A stretch of DNA of 63,890 nucleotides, filler included, from Hausera hauseri (GCA_046269625.1; 11 parts of 11 records of this genome joined end to end with filler, not necessarily neighbours in it), one strand, 5' to 3'. Numbered from the whole stretch's first letter, positions 13,801 to 25,000 are shown. Program-made: numbers and translations. The notes: a model not told the origin generated them from the sequence alone.

Positions 13801-14364
13801 AGTTTATCCGTCCGAACGCAGGTTAATCGTATCGGCATTGAGTACTTGAAATTATAATAATAATTTAGTTTTAATTCGATTTGGTTATTGTATTAGAATA
13901 CTATCATAAATCTTTTATCAAATTCTATTTGATTATAAATAATATGCCGATGTACAAACGTCGATCCAAAGTTGATTTATTAGTTGAATTTTAAAAATTT
14001 CAATCAAGTTAAATCAAACAAATTTAGATTTTTGGAAACCCAGTTGTCTAATTAGTTTGCCCATCCAGCTTATCTCCAATGAAGCAGGCGCAGGCTAACC
14101 TCGGTTACCGAATCGCCATTCGAACTCATCACCTTCAGCTCTTTCTTATTTGGCCCATTTCTTATTAATCATATTTTATATGTTGGTTTGCAAAACCCAT
14201 CACACAGCCAACACTTGTAATTTTATATAAAATAAAAGTCATATTAATATAAAGAAAAACATTTATTATTTTACAAACAAAACAAATTATGAAATTCTCT
14301 TTTCCATTAAACACTTTTTCACATTGATTTGTGTCGCAGAATTTTCTTTATCTATAACGTTTCT

Positions 14365-15201
14365 CTACGAACTCCACATTGGTTCGTAGAATTTTTGGAA
14401 ACAATTATTTATATATTGCAACCAAGTGCTTTTAATTTCTTCATTCGGATTCATGTTTGTCGAACTATTTTTGTATTTGTATTTTATTTGATTAAGTTTT
14501 ATCTCAAGTTTTGGAATCATGGTCATTAAACAATTGTCATTGTCTATTCGATTATTAATTCGATTTGTTAATTCTGCAGCGTGTTCTGAACCATTTTTGG
14601 AGAAATCTATTTTCTTCAACCAATTTCTAATTAAACTCAACGATTCAAATGGTTTGATGTTACAAACATAATTGTTGTATTCCCAAACACTTGATCGATT
14701 GTCAAGTGCAAAGACTGGATTAAAGCAGTCATTGAAAAAATGACATTTTGCTTTGTGCTTTGTTCCAAATTCTTTGAGATATTCTCCGGATACAATTCGA
14801 TTTTCAAAATACTTTCCTTTTGGATCTATAACTCGTAAAATACGAGATATTTCAGATAAACTGATTTCACTGAATATCCACAAATCAAATATTTGGCTGG
14901 CTTCTTCTAGGAAATTTTGAAGTCCAGGTCTTGACTGAATCAGAATGTGATACTCCCATGGTAAATAGGCATATCTCGCATTGAGACCGTTAGAAAAATT
15001 GATGTTATTTAATGACACGGAACGAGGCACTGAAGCACACGAAACAAGTGTGTTATCAAGATCACAAAGAAGGAATGGTTTGCTTCGTTTCCATTGCTGA
15101 TCTAAGCAAAAATGATGTTTGCAAGATTTATTCTGTAACAATTTTGCTTTCTTCAAATTAATTTCTGCTGAAATAATATTCGAAATATTTGAACATTTCA
15201 T
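14365..15201 (-). CDS. Intronless FCP1/CTD-phosphatase-like HAD (NIF/FCPH) protein, 278 aa, no BRCT
   Basis: LLCDLDNTLV (DxDxT motif), RPGLQNFLEE, IDPKGKYFENRIVS and ALDNRSSVW are collinear with the FCP1 catalytic domain. Confidence 0.8.
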   Translation of the reverse strand: MKCSNISNIISAEINLKKAKLLQNKSCKHHFCLDQQWKRSKPFLLCDLDNTLVSCASVPRSVSLNNINFSNGLNARYAYLPWEYHILIQSRPGLQNFLEEASQIFDLWIFSEISLSEISRILRVIDPKGKYFENRIVSGEYLKEFGTKHKAKCHFFNDCFNPVFALDNRSSVWEYNNYVCNIKPFESLSLIRNWLKKIDFSKNGSEHAAELTNRINNRIDNDNCLMTMIPKLEIKLNQIKYKYKNSSTNMNPNEEIKSTWLQYINNCFQKFYEPMWSS

Positions 15202-15760
15202 AATTAATGACTGATTTGATGTGAACGATTCTTTCTTAAATGGGACTAAATTTTTGTATAATTATATTTTCCAGTATTTATGTTGGTTAGATTTATTGGA
15301 ACGTATACCATATGGAGTTTGATGGTTACAAAAGTTCTAGAAATTTGCATTTTAAAATATCTTTCACTTAAACGTTAACTCTAATTTTGTAATTAGTATT
15401 TAAAATTTAAAATTTAAAATTTGTTAATTTTTAATTCATTCCCTATATGTGTGTGTTTGCATGTTTATCCACGGTCATTTTGCTTATGACGTTTACCCTG
15501 GACCCTGTGTCCAATAAGCAATATTCCCATGTGTCTTCTATCTTTAATTTGATTCCTGGTCGTCAATAAAAACATTCAATTTAATAAAACCGAACTGAAC
15601 ACGAAATTATATTTTAATTTTATATTAAAATTAGTTTTAATGAATTAAGATGCGGTTGAGAAAGTTTCAAAACATGAAACCCGGTTAATGATTTCCAGAT
15701 TAGACATTTCAGAAATTTATAAAAATTTATTAGAAGTTGAAGTTCTAATAAATTTTCATA

Positions 15761-16943
15761 TAGAGGTGGCCAAACTATTACAAACAACCAGGAAAATCAG
15801 ACAAAGGACACAAAAGTCATTCCAAAGTGTATATGTTTAATTTTTAAATTGAAATTGTTACCATTTAGTAAGTCCACCTTTGACTTTCATTCAAGCTTTG
15901 GTTCGATAGAGTAACTCTCTGATCATGGAAAAGCATTTCTGAGAAATTGTTTCATCGCGATGCCACGACTGAATGATAGATTCAACAAGTAATTGCTTGA
16001 TAGTAATTTTGTGCTGATGGACTTTATTCTTCAGAATTCTCCATAAATTTTCAATGGAGTTCATGCGTGGACTGTTTCCAGGCCAGTCCAGAATATAAAT
16101 CCCAATGTGTTGTAGAAAGAGGTAACAGTCTTTGCTCTATGGGTGTTGGCAGCATGCGCATACACGCCGTCCGCGTCCTCGTCCTGCTTGGATAGGGTTG
16201 GAAAGTACCCGCCCTCTGGTATGTCTGCTGAATCAGAATCGGATCGTTTGAAATTATTCATTGGAAAGTAAACAACAGTTGTAGAAAATTTTTTATTATT
16301 ATCCAAAATATTAATTTGGAAACAAATTTTCCAAATTTAAATCAGACATTTAATATTACTTTTAAATCAAACTTTTAATTTAAATATAAAAATCTGTCTA
16401 AATTAAATTTAGAAATTCTGTTCTCAATTATATCCTCACAATGGGCTTGTTCCCCATCGTGTTTTAAAATATATTCACCAACACTACCAAACTATTCAGT
16501 CAGTTGTGGTATCAAACTGTCTATTAAAACGTCTTTGTAAGAAGCACAATTCATGTTACATTGAAGAATTTTGATCCGCCCAGTACGAAAAACGCTGCAG
16601 CAGCTCCATATCATACATTTCTCAGGATGCTTGACCGTTTGACTAACACAGTTTTCTTTGAATTCCTCTGTTGGAAACCTTCTTACATGACGGCTTTGCC
16701 TATACTTTACTTCAATATGACACCAATCCGTGAAGAAAACTTTAGACCAATCATCAGAATTCCAGTGGAAAATTGCTGGAAGAAATTGCCCGCTGATATC
16801 ATTTTTTTCATAATTCCAACTGTTAATTTCGCTTTCTTTCTTGGTCTGCGAGCAAATAAGCCAAATTTACACAGTCTTCGACGAATTGTGCGCTTGCCAG
16901 CTACAACATCATGTTCAGGCAATTTGTTTTGGAGTTGTGTATA
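15761..16943 (-). mobile_element. Tc1 (DD34E) transposon fossil: 3' half and TIR
   Basis: TA-TAGAGGTGGCCAAACTATTACAA matches the TIR at 10895. Remnants across frames: ARRPRKKAKLT, DWSKVFFTD, TVKHPEKCMIWSC, KHDG, GNSPRMNSIENLW. An unrelated insert lies at about 16120-16420. Confidence 0.8.
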
Positions 16944-16981
16944 GTAGTATAAAAATGCGGGTTCTGGATCAGCCCCCCCCA
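16942..16981 (+). repeat. TIR-like end TAGTAGTATAAAAATGCGGGTTCTGGATCA, inserted at a TA inside Tc1; second copy at 17623-17766
   Basis: ~30-bp identical motif at both sites. It resembles the MITE terminus AGTAGTGGAAAAATGGCGGTTC (reverse complement near 40218-40239). Confidence 0.55.
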
Positions 16982-16989
16982 ACCAACAC

Positions 16990-17610
16990 AACAGCAAGTT
17001 TAAAATATGTTTCTCAACATCTAGATGCATCTGGAATGATCCAAGTAAAACCATCTGAGTGCCACATAAATCAAGAAACCAAAACATGGTAAATCGTTAG
17101 CATTTTGTGAAACGTTATTGCAAAGGCAAGAAAGGTATGGATGTTTACACTGAATTGTTGCTGATGATGAAAAATGGATTAACTATAATAATCCAAAATG
17201 ACAAATGAATGGGTGAAGCCAGATGAACCAGGTACATCAAAACCAAAGTACAATATTTATGGTTCAAAGTGTATGTTTTGTGTCTGGTGAAACTACAAGG
17301 GTCCGGTAGACAATAATGAAGCAAGAACGTTCAGAATATGCCCAAGTTTAACTGTCACTATGAAAGTAAATGAAAGTACTTAACTGGAATAATGAAGTGT
17401 TGTATTTTTCAGATATAGCTCTATCGGATTATCGTTTATCTTGGTCAAAATACCATGGACTTAATAAAAAAAGTTTAGTTTTTATTCAAAATAAAAAATT
17501 TCTTGATAATGAAGTCAATTCAAGAATAGATTTCTTAACCCACCAAAATTATACCTCATGTAAAAAGTTGGATAAGGTTGTAGAATTCGCATGGAAGTGC
17601 TTCAAATGAA
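16990..17610 (+). pseudogene. Mariner (DD34D) transposase fossil
   Basis: IVADDEKWINYNNPK (cf. IVTGDEKW), WVKPDEPGTSKPKYNIYGSKCMFCVW, and FSDIALSDYRL (cf. YSPDIAPSDYHL). Confidence 0.75.
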
Positions 17611-17866
17611 ATATATTCTATATTAGTAGTATAAAAATGCGGGTTCTGGATCACCCCCTCTCCCCCCATGCAGTTAATCCGATGCGTGCTTGATGCGCAC
17701 ACCCGCACGGACGGATAGATTCGAAGACGTAGGTTCCAAAAAACACACCGTGCACGGTGCACGGTGNNNNNNNNNNNNNNNNNNNNNNNNNNNNNNNNNN
17801 NNNNNNNNNNTTAATTAATTAANNNNNNNNNNNNNNNNNNNNNNNNNNNNNNNNNNNNNNNNNNNN

Positions 17867-18780
17867 CCCATGGTGTACTCGTGGTTTCTACGAGCATTTT
17901 CCACATAGAACCTTACCGGCGTTGGGATACTAGCCAGGAACCTCTGGCGCACAAGTGGAAGGTTCTCCACATCACATCCAGGGAGGGCTCGTTGAGCTAA
18001 ACCCAAGAGGCGGATGGCGAACACTGATATTGGTTCGTTTCGCTCCCTGGTAGCCTCCAAAAATCGGACGGAGTGGGCTTCTTCCTCTCGGTCGAGTTCG
18101 TCCTTGGCCCAGCGTAAGAGCTGCTCCTTCATCTCGTAATAACTGGCTGTTGAACGGACAGCGACCTGATAAACTTGAAGGACTGGTCCTTCCAGGTGCT
18201 GCTTCAAAAGATGGAGCATCCCAACTTCATCAATACCAGTATACATCTGTTGACAGAATGCTTCGTAGCGTTCCAAAAACCCATATAAAGGTTCGCCACT
18301 TTCAGGCGCGTATGTACCTAGCGAACTAGGTCTACCCTTTTTAGACATGGTGAGGTTCTGCATCATACTATTCATATTATTAATCAGCATTTGATTTTGC
18401 TGAAGCAAGTCCCTCACCATTGTGGAAAGTTCAAACTGCCCAAGCTCAGGTTGAGCAGCCCCCTGAAACATCGGGGTATTACCAATTGGTACGTTTTGTG
18501 CGCCCATTGACGGACCAGACGTTGCATGGATCTCCGCTGGCTGCGTTACGTTGATAAAATTTTGAAAATTTGGCCGAGGCCATGCAATGGAACTTATTGA
18601 AGGGGGAGTTGTTAAAAATGCGGAGGAGGTTACACCCACCCCAGTGGACAAATACTCCATTCCACCCTGGGCAGACAACTCACGCACTCGCCCCCCCATG
18701 GCGCCCACTGACTCATTCACAGTCCCACTGACCTCAGTCACCTTCAATTCATCATTAATTTTCTCTTCCTTTTGCTCCAT
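17867..18780 (-). CDS. gag: Gag, N-terminal part. It joins 28002-27150 across the circular junction; total 588 aa
   Basis: ATG at 18780 lies about 110 nt downstream of the PBS. Capsid-like region (FLERYEAFC...LEGPVLQVY...RERNEPISVFAIRL...RFLASIP). ENARRNHEYTM overlaps the start of the 27150-28040 ORF. Confidence 0.9.
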
Positions 18781-18888
18781 TGTGAAATTTATTAATCTAC
18801 TGTTACTTGATTAATTTGTTTTAGTAATAATTAGTAAACTAGTAGATCAAAAAGGAAAGGCTAAAGGGTGTTTGGTAACAGAACGCGC

Positions 18889-18906
18889 AACTACGCTCTG
18901 CTACCA
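18889..18906 (-). promoter_or_regulatory. Primer-binding site complementary to the initiator tRNA-Met 3' end
   Basis: Minus strand TGGTAGCAGAGCGTAGTT. Eukaryotic tRNA-iMet ends ...CTCTGCTACCA. Lies 7 nt from the LTR end ...CAACA. Confidence 0.85.
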
Positions 18907-18913
18907 ATTATTA

Positions 18914-20050
18914 TGTTGAGGGACACTCGGTGGTCGGGGTGGTGTCTTTTGTTGACTTTTGGGCGAAACGCTCCCGACACCGTAGCTAAACTAAGAAGGA
19001 AGTTCACTAATTTGCCCCTATATAAAAATAATTCGCGCGTTCCGTTCCAGATGCGAATGCTCAGCTTGGTGCAATCTTGAAACACTCAAACACACACTCA
19101 CAACCCTTTATCTCTTAGCAACCTTCACTTTCACTCCTCACACTTTATACCCAAACAAGGCTGACTAACCAAAGCTACTCGAAGGGCGAAAAAAATAAGA
19201 GAGCAATGGAACTAGGGTAGGCGTGTAAGGAATAGGAACAGATCTTCCGAGAAAGGAGAGATGAGCTATTGCAATTTACAAGAATGCAGCGTGGCACGTT
19301 TTTATTAATTTTATTTATAGATTTATTCAATAATTTATAATTACTTCGTACTACGTTTATGATTATAATTTTATTATATAATTAAGTATAGTTTTTGGTA
19401 CAAAATGAATCCCCTAACCTCAAGATCTCTTGTGGTAGAACTTCTGGAACTCAGGATCCTAATGTTGAAAGACCGATGACATCCACAGAGAAGGCGCCTT
19501 CTCTTGATACCACGTCCAGGCTGAGTTCTCAGATCCTTGGGGACTTCCAGTTGTATGATTATTTGCCTTTCGCAGGTATATGAAAAAAAAAGAAGAGAAA
19601 TACAATATATTAGTCATCGAGCTTTGACAGAAAAGTTACACATAAAAATAAATTTATTCTGCAAACTCGACGAGCTAAGGGGAAAAGAAAATTAAACAAC
19701 AACAATACAATTATATCATAAAAATTGTGCTTTTATATTTATATCATTTATATTGATTTTATATCCCAATGTTTAAACATTTGATAAATGTATCAATACT
19801 CACAGACGAAGGCTGCACACTTATTAGTGTTCTTAACTAGGTGATTTTTAATTTATATTTTTTCTATTTGTTAACCTTGAATCACCAAGTCATATATTTG
19901 TCATGATTTATTATCATTTATAATTAATTCAAATAGTTAAATTTTAATTTATTCAAATAATTATATTTTATTAACAAATATGAAATAAAAAGAGAGGAAA
20001 AAGAAGTTAGTATTTAATTCAACTACAAGAATTAGTTGTACAATATCACA
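18914..20050 (-). repeat. Single long terminal repeat (~1137 bp, TGT...ACA)
   Basis: On the minus strand it begins TGTGATATTG directly after the PPT and ends CCCTCAACA just before the PBS. AATAAA candidates lie near 19300. Confidence 0.7.
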
Positions 20051-20071
20051 TTCTTCCTCACCTCTTCTCTT
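20051..20071 (-). promoter_or_regulatory. Polypurine tract
   Basis: Minus strand AAGAGAAGAGGTGAGGAAGAA immediately before the TG of the LTR. Confidence 0.75.
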
Positions 20072-20422
20072 ACACTGCCTTGGCACTCCCATCCATTCTA
20101 TATCAATTATAATTCTAAAAATATATATATTTATAATAAATAATACACATTTTGCGATGGGTCGTACCAATTAAGGACCTCACCCAGGGCATATGCCGTG
20201 TATACGGAAAATCATACCATCGACCCATCACACTCCTCCCCACCCGCCGATACAAGATGGAACGGCGGAAACTCGGTATGTGACGGTCTGGCAAGTGACC
20301 GAGGCAAAAGGTAAAGTATCATGTATTAACATATAATTATATGTTGTTAATATTAAATTATTAAAGTCTTTACTAAAATTTTACTTACAATTTATTTACA
20401 TTACAATTTACATAACACCCCC

Positions 20423-21883
20423 CTATTGCCTCCATATGTCCCAGAGGTACTGTTCCGCCTCCCCCGGAGCAGGGACATAGCCAAAGGAAGCCATGTAACC
20501 CTGGATTCGCGCCGCCGCCAAATCCATCTCGCGGCGCGAAAGGGCCTGTATTAGTACAGGAGCCATAGCTGGAGGTGGAAGGCGGGGTCGAGGGATCCAG
20601 TAAGGGCGAGGTTGGCCTCTCCCAGATCTTCTGGTCCTGCAACGGCCTTGATGAATGGGGCCGCGTCGCATGCCTCGGGAGAAATTCCCCGGTAAAACCG
20701 GAGGAATAAAAAATTGGCCCCTCCCTCGAAGAGGAAATGACTGATGTGGACCTTGCACAGGCCCTGCCCGAGGGTGATGAGACGAACGGGGACCTGTTGA
20801 AGTAGCCCGCCTACCGGACTGTCCCCGTCCCCCTCGGGCACTTACCGTCCCACGCCTCACCGGTGCAGTGGTTAATATGGGGTCGTTAGTTGTGCTGGCG
20901 GCTGGCCCAGGAACTCTTCCGGAACGGGCTCTGGTGGCTCTTCTACTGGAGGCTCTTCTAGCCGGTCGGCCTCCAGTTCCACGGAAAGTGTCCCTAACTC
21001 CAGACGTTCCGGGTCTAGCATCGACCGAACCCGATGTTGAGGGCTCTGCTGTCATGTCTGCCTCTCCGCCAGGGAAGAAGAGCCGGTTCCTCACAGACGT
21101 GCGAGCTCTTCGTTTGGCTCCTCCTCGAGATGTACTGGCCTGGCGAGATGATGCTGAAGGTGGCAGCTTTAGACAGCGCCTCAACCTGGCCCAAAAACTT
21201 TTACAGTAATCTGGCGAGGGGTGAATGCCATCAACCAGATAACCTTCTTCTCCTAGCGTCTGGCATTCACCGGCCAGGAGACGTTCTAATTTGAGGCGTC
21301 GTGCTACTTTCGCGCCAGCAACATAACGCCCACATACCCGTTCTTTAACGGTGATAGCCCCGGCTAAATCTGATTCGGGGTCTACCAGTTCCAAATACCG
21401 TGCGATCGCAGCTTGAGAAATTCGAGAGGGCTGTAGCTGAGGATCCTCATCGAATTTCGTCTTGACCGCAGACGGTGCATCTTTCAAAGTCAAGTCATTC
21501 CGATAGATTAGATCTAATGGTGGCGGAAAAAATATGAAGGGTTTAGCATTAGGTGCTATTACCTTCACCCTTGACTTGAAAGTTCGGTACTTGGTGATTA
21601 TATGGTTTATAGAAAAGTTGGGATCCGGGATAACCACTTCGAACTTGCGGTCATCCCCTTGGATCCCCAGATCGAGTTTGGTAAATGATTCTGTTAAAAG
21701 GACAAACAGTACCACGTGCGTGGTATCTCGTGTCAGGTGGCCAGGAAGTTTTTTAATAATTTTCGTGAACCTGGCACCTGGGTACGAGGCAAACTCGACC
21801 TGGCCCGGGAAATTCCCGGGGTCCTTTCTGTATTGGTCCTGGAGATAATTCACCCAGGAATGGCCAATCAGCAACAGTTTCAT
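20423..21883 (-). CDS. ORF3: SGNH/GDSL hydrolase-like domain plus Arg/Gly-rich disordered tail (486 aa from ATG 21883)
   Basis: Block I LLIGHS (Ser codon 21857-21859), block II SYPGAR, block V DGIHP (His codon 21221-21223). Block III is atypical (VVLFVLLTES). Preceded by acceptor-like TTTCATTTTTTGCAG|ATG. Confidence 0.8.
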   Translation of the reverse strand: MKLLLIGHSWVNYLQDQYRKDPGNFPGQVEFASYPGARFTKIIKKLPGHLTRDTTHVVLFVLLTESFTKLDLGIQGDDRKFEVVIPDPNFSINHIITKYRTFKSRVKVIAPNAKPFIFFPPPLDLIYRNDLTLKDAPSAVKTKFDEDPQLQPSRISQAAIARYLELVDPESDLAGAITVKERVCGRYVAGAKVARRLKLERLLAGECQTLGEEGYLVDGIHPSPDYCKSFWARLRRCLKLPPSASSRQASTSRGGAKRRARTSVRNRLFFPGGEADMTAEPSTSGSVDARPGTSGVRDTFRGTGGRPARRASSRRATRARSGRVPGPAASTTNDPILTTAPVRRGTVSARGGRGQSGRRATSTGPRSSHHPRAGPVQGPHQSFPLRGRGQFFIPPVLPGNFSRGMRRGPIHQGRCRTRRSGRGQPRPYWIPRPRLPPPAMAPVLIQALSRREMDLAAARIQGYMASFGYVPAPGEAEQYLWDIWRQ

Positions 21884-22011
21884 CTGCAAAAAATGAAATC
21901 AATTGAAACGGTACTCAAAATGTATTATGATTACTATTATTTTTAATATTTTAAGAATATTTTATTTTATTTTATTTATTATTATTTAGTTTTATTACTT
22001 TATTTTCATTA

Positions 22012-25000
22012 TTACGAACGAGGTTTCCGCTCGAGAACACGAGGTTGTACGTTTGGAATATCCTCACAACGACCTCGAGAGCGGGTAAAAGGGCGGAGAT
22101 CCATGACAACATCGCAATCGATGTCGGTAACATTTTGTTCCAGTCTTGGATTACCGCTCGTAATTATGGGACTAACCGCGATCGGAGAATTTCCACTGGT
22201 TCTTGGTATATTACCTGGAAAATTTTCTAAACCTTCAATCAGGTCTGGGAAGCCTTCGAAGTCCCCTTCTTCTTCTGTCACAGCTGGGAAACCTTCGAAG
22301 TCCCATTCTAAGGATTGAGTGGAGTCAATGGATTCCTCGTCAGAGTCTATAGAAAAGGTCTCCAAATCCACTATTTCCAGGAAACTAACCCTCCTGCGAG
22401 AGTCAGTGGGCTCCATCGGACTTTTTCTCGATGACAATATCGATGGAAACTTGATATTGTAATTACGCAGGAAAGTTGAAAGATCAGGTGAACCAGTGTG
22501 AGCCGAATCAACGGAAATCCTACTTCTATTGTTAATATAATTACTATTAACATCGCTAAATATAGTACTAGTCTTTGCAGGGCTTGTCACATCTATCGCC
22601 ACCGCCGTAAGTTGGCTGATGATGCGCAAGACATTTTGTATTTTTACCAAGGACGCCCGCGTTTCTTCGTCCAGAGAAAACCCCTCAAAATCCTCTTCAT
22701 CTGCCTCGATCGACAGGTTATTCGCGTGACTAGTACGGTTTTCCGTATCATAACCACGAGTTTCGATTTGTTCGATCACTGGTGGTGCTGTAGGTTCAGG
22801 ATCCACTCGGATATCCCGCATAGCCTTGGCATTGAATTCCTCATGATTCTTCAAATACTCAGGAGGAATCTGCCATCTTTTCAATTGGCTATGGTGTACA
22901 CGGTACACTCGATTATCCTGACGGGACTCAATCTCGTACGTGACCTTATTTGGGTTGACTTCTATTACTTCCAAAGGACCCAAATATCGTGGAAGTATCT
23001 TATTTGACACGAGGTCACCTGAAAATTGTTTCTTCATACCCACTAGGTCACCAACCTTGAAAGCGTTGTAAAGAGGATGCCCGGGTTTCCAGAAAGACTC
23101 GATATTCTGTACGGGAAGTTCGTGAGATAACTTATGGGCCTTCTCCATTATGCTCTCACACGGTGTTAATAGCGTTTGAGCATGCTGGGTATGGTTATAC
23201 GTAACCAAGATATGAGGTAATTCAATATCCCAGTTAGTACTTTTGCTTAATGAAACGCGCAAATATTGGAGCAGTGTTCGATTGACACGCTCAACCATCC
23301 CATTGGACGAAGGTTTATATGGCGTCGTTGCGACATGTTTAATATTATATTTATCTAGAACATTTTGGAATTCACTGCCCAGAAACTCCTTTCCGTTGTC
23401 AGACAATAAACGTTCGGGAAGTTTCGGCAACATGGGCAGGATAATACGTTGTAGAGCGGACGCGACGGTAACGGACTGCTTATTCCTTAACGGAACCGCG
23501 GATACCCATTTTGAAAAATGATCAACGAAGACCAATATATATTTATTGCCTAAACGGGATATCGGCATTTGCATTAAATCCACCGCGGTAAGCTCAAATG
23601 GACCAAAAGTTACTATTTTAAACATAGGTGGAACAACTAACAAATTAGATAATTTCGAAGTTTGACACAGGTAGCACGTCGTCGGCACGTCATGGCAAAT
23701 CTTGTATAACGACGGATGCCAAATGTGTCTATCCAATAACGCAGTTAATTTATTCCTACCTAAGTGCGCATACTCTAAATGACATTTAATTACCACGTCT
23801 ACGGCCAGTGAAAACGGTACTACATAAGGTACATGTCCTTTCGCTGTAGTTTTATTTAAAATATCATTATAAATTCTATAATCCCGCTTAAATCGTAGGA
23901 AGGACTTCAATTCCCGCGAGAGATAACCAGTTATCCTAGTGGGGCTTTTTACACATTTAAATAACTTCCTGATCGTTTTATCAGCAGACTGCGCATATCG
24001 GATTGTCTCTTCCGATAGTAAGGACCCCTCAAAAGGGATTTCCTCCTCCGCTAATTCCTCTAGGCGGATGCACAACGCTTCGATCGTTTCGGATACCGAT
24101 TTTGATATTAACTCCTCCCCACCAGACCCGTCTAACTCCTTATTTAGAAGGTTAGCCTCAGTCCCTTGGGAGCACTCACGTTCCTCAAGAGATTCATCCA
24201 GAAGATTAAAGGAGACAAAGTTTCCTTCAATTTCTAGATGAGGATATGGGTCCTGTGGTTCAATCACCACCGAATCTGGTGTGGTTCCCAGGAGTAAATC
24301 GTAATGAACCCCCCCTAGGCATAAAAGTCTACACAGTTTTTCACTCGTGGTTGGGCCGAATCTAAGCGGTTCTCCACTGCCGTAATATACCCATACCTGA
24401 GTGTGGTAAAGAGTTGCGAATGCTTGAATAGCTTCGGTAATAGGCATTTGTCCTTCCTGTTTCATTAATTTTAACAGTTTAGTAATGCCTATGTGATTTT
24501 TACCACTCAATATACCATACTTCTGTTTATGATCCAGCAATTCCTGGATTACCTCTTCCCGCAATTGTAAATGTTTGTCGGTGGTGCCGAATCTCCACAA
24601 TGCTAGGCACATGAACAGTGAGTCACCCCCTCCTGGAACTTTATGAACGAAGGAACCTGGGGGCAATCCTTCCTCCACAGGTGAAGGGAGCGTCTCGTGC
24701 GCTGCCACTGGGGATCGCGACAAAGCATCTGCGATGATATTCTGTCGACCCGGAATGTATCGTAGTTCGTAATCGATATCATTAATCTCTTCTAATGTCC
24801 GGGCGACTCTCTGATTAACTAGAGACATGCTATTCAGGAAGATAAGCGGCTTATGGTCAGTATGAATAATGACCTTAATGCCGTATAAGAATGGCTTGAG
24901 TGATTTTATAGCCCATCGGATAGCGGCAACTTCTTTTTCCGTGGTGCTATATTTTACCTCAGCTTTTGACCAGGTGGTGGAAATATAAGCAATTGGTTTG

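Noticed and set aside
11400-14100. Decayed coding-like stretches in the AT-rich region before the phosphatase
   Set aside because: Many stops in all frames and no recognisable motifs.
17815-18780. ORFs 17815-18780 and 27150-28040 as two separate genes or a duplicated gag
   Set aside because: They overlap by the 77-nt terminal repeat and join into one 588-aa Gag.
20154-20303. Hammerhead ribozyme in the 3' UTR hairpins
   Set aside because: No CUGANGA...GAAA core on either strand. Kept only as a generic structured element.
20423-21883. ORF3 as an envelope glycoprotein
   Set aside because: No signal peptide, transmembrane helix or fusion-peptide pattern. The motifs fit an SGNH hydrolase.
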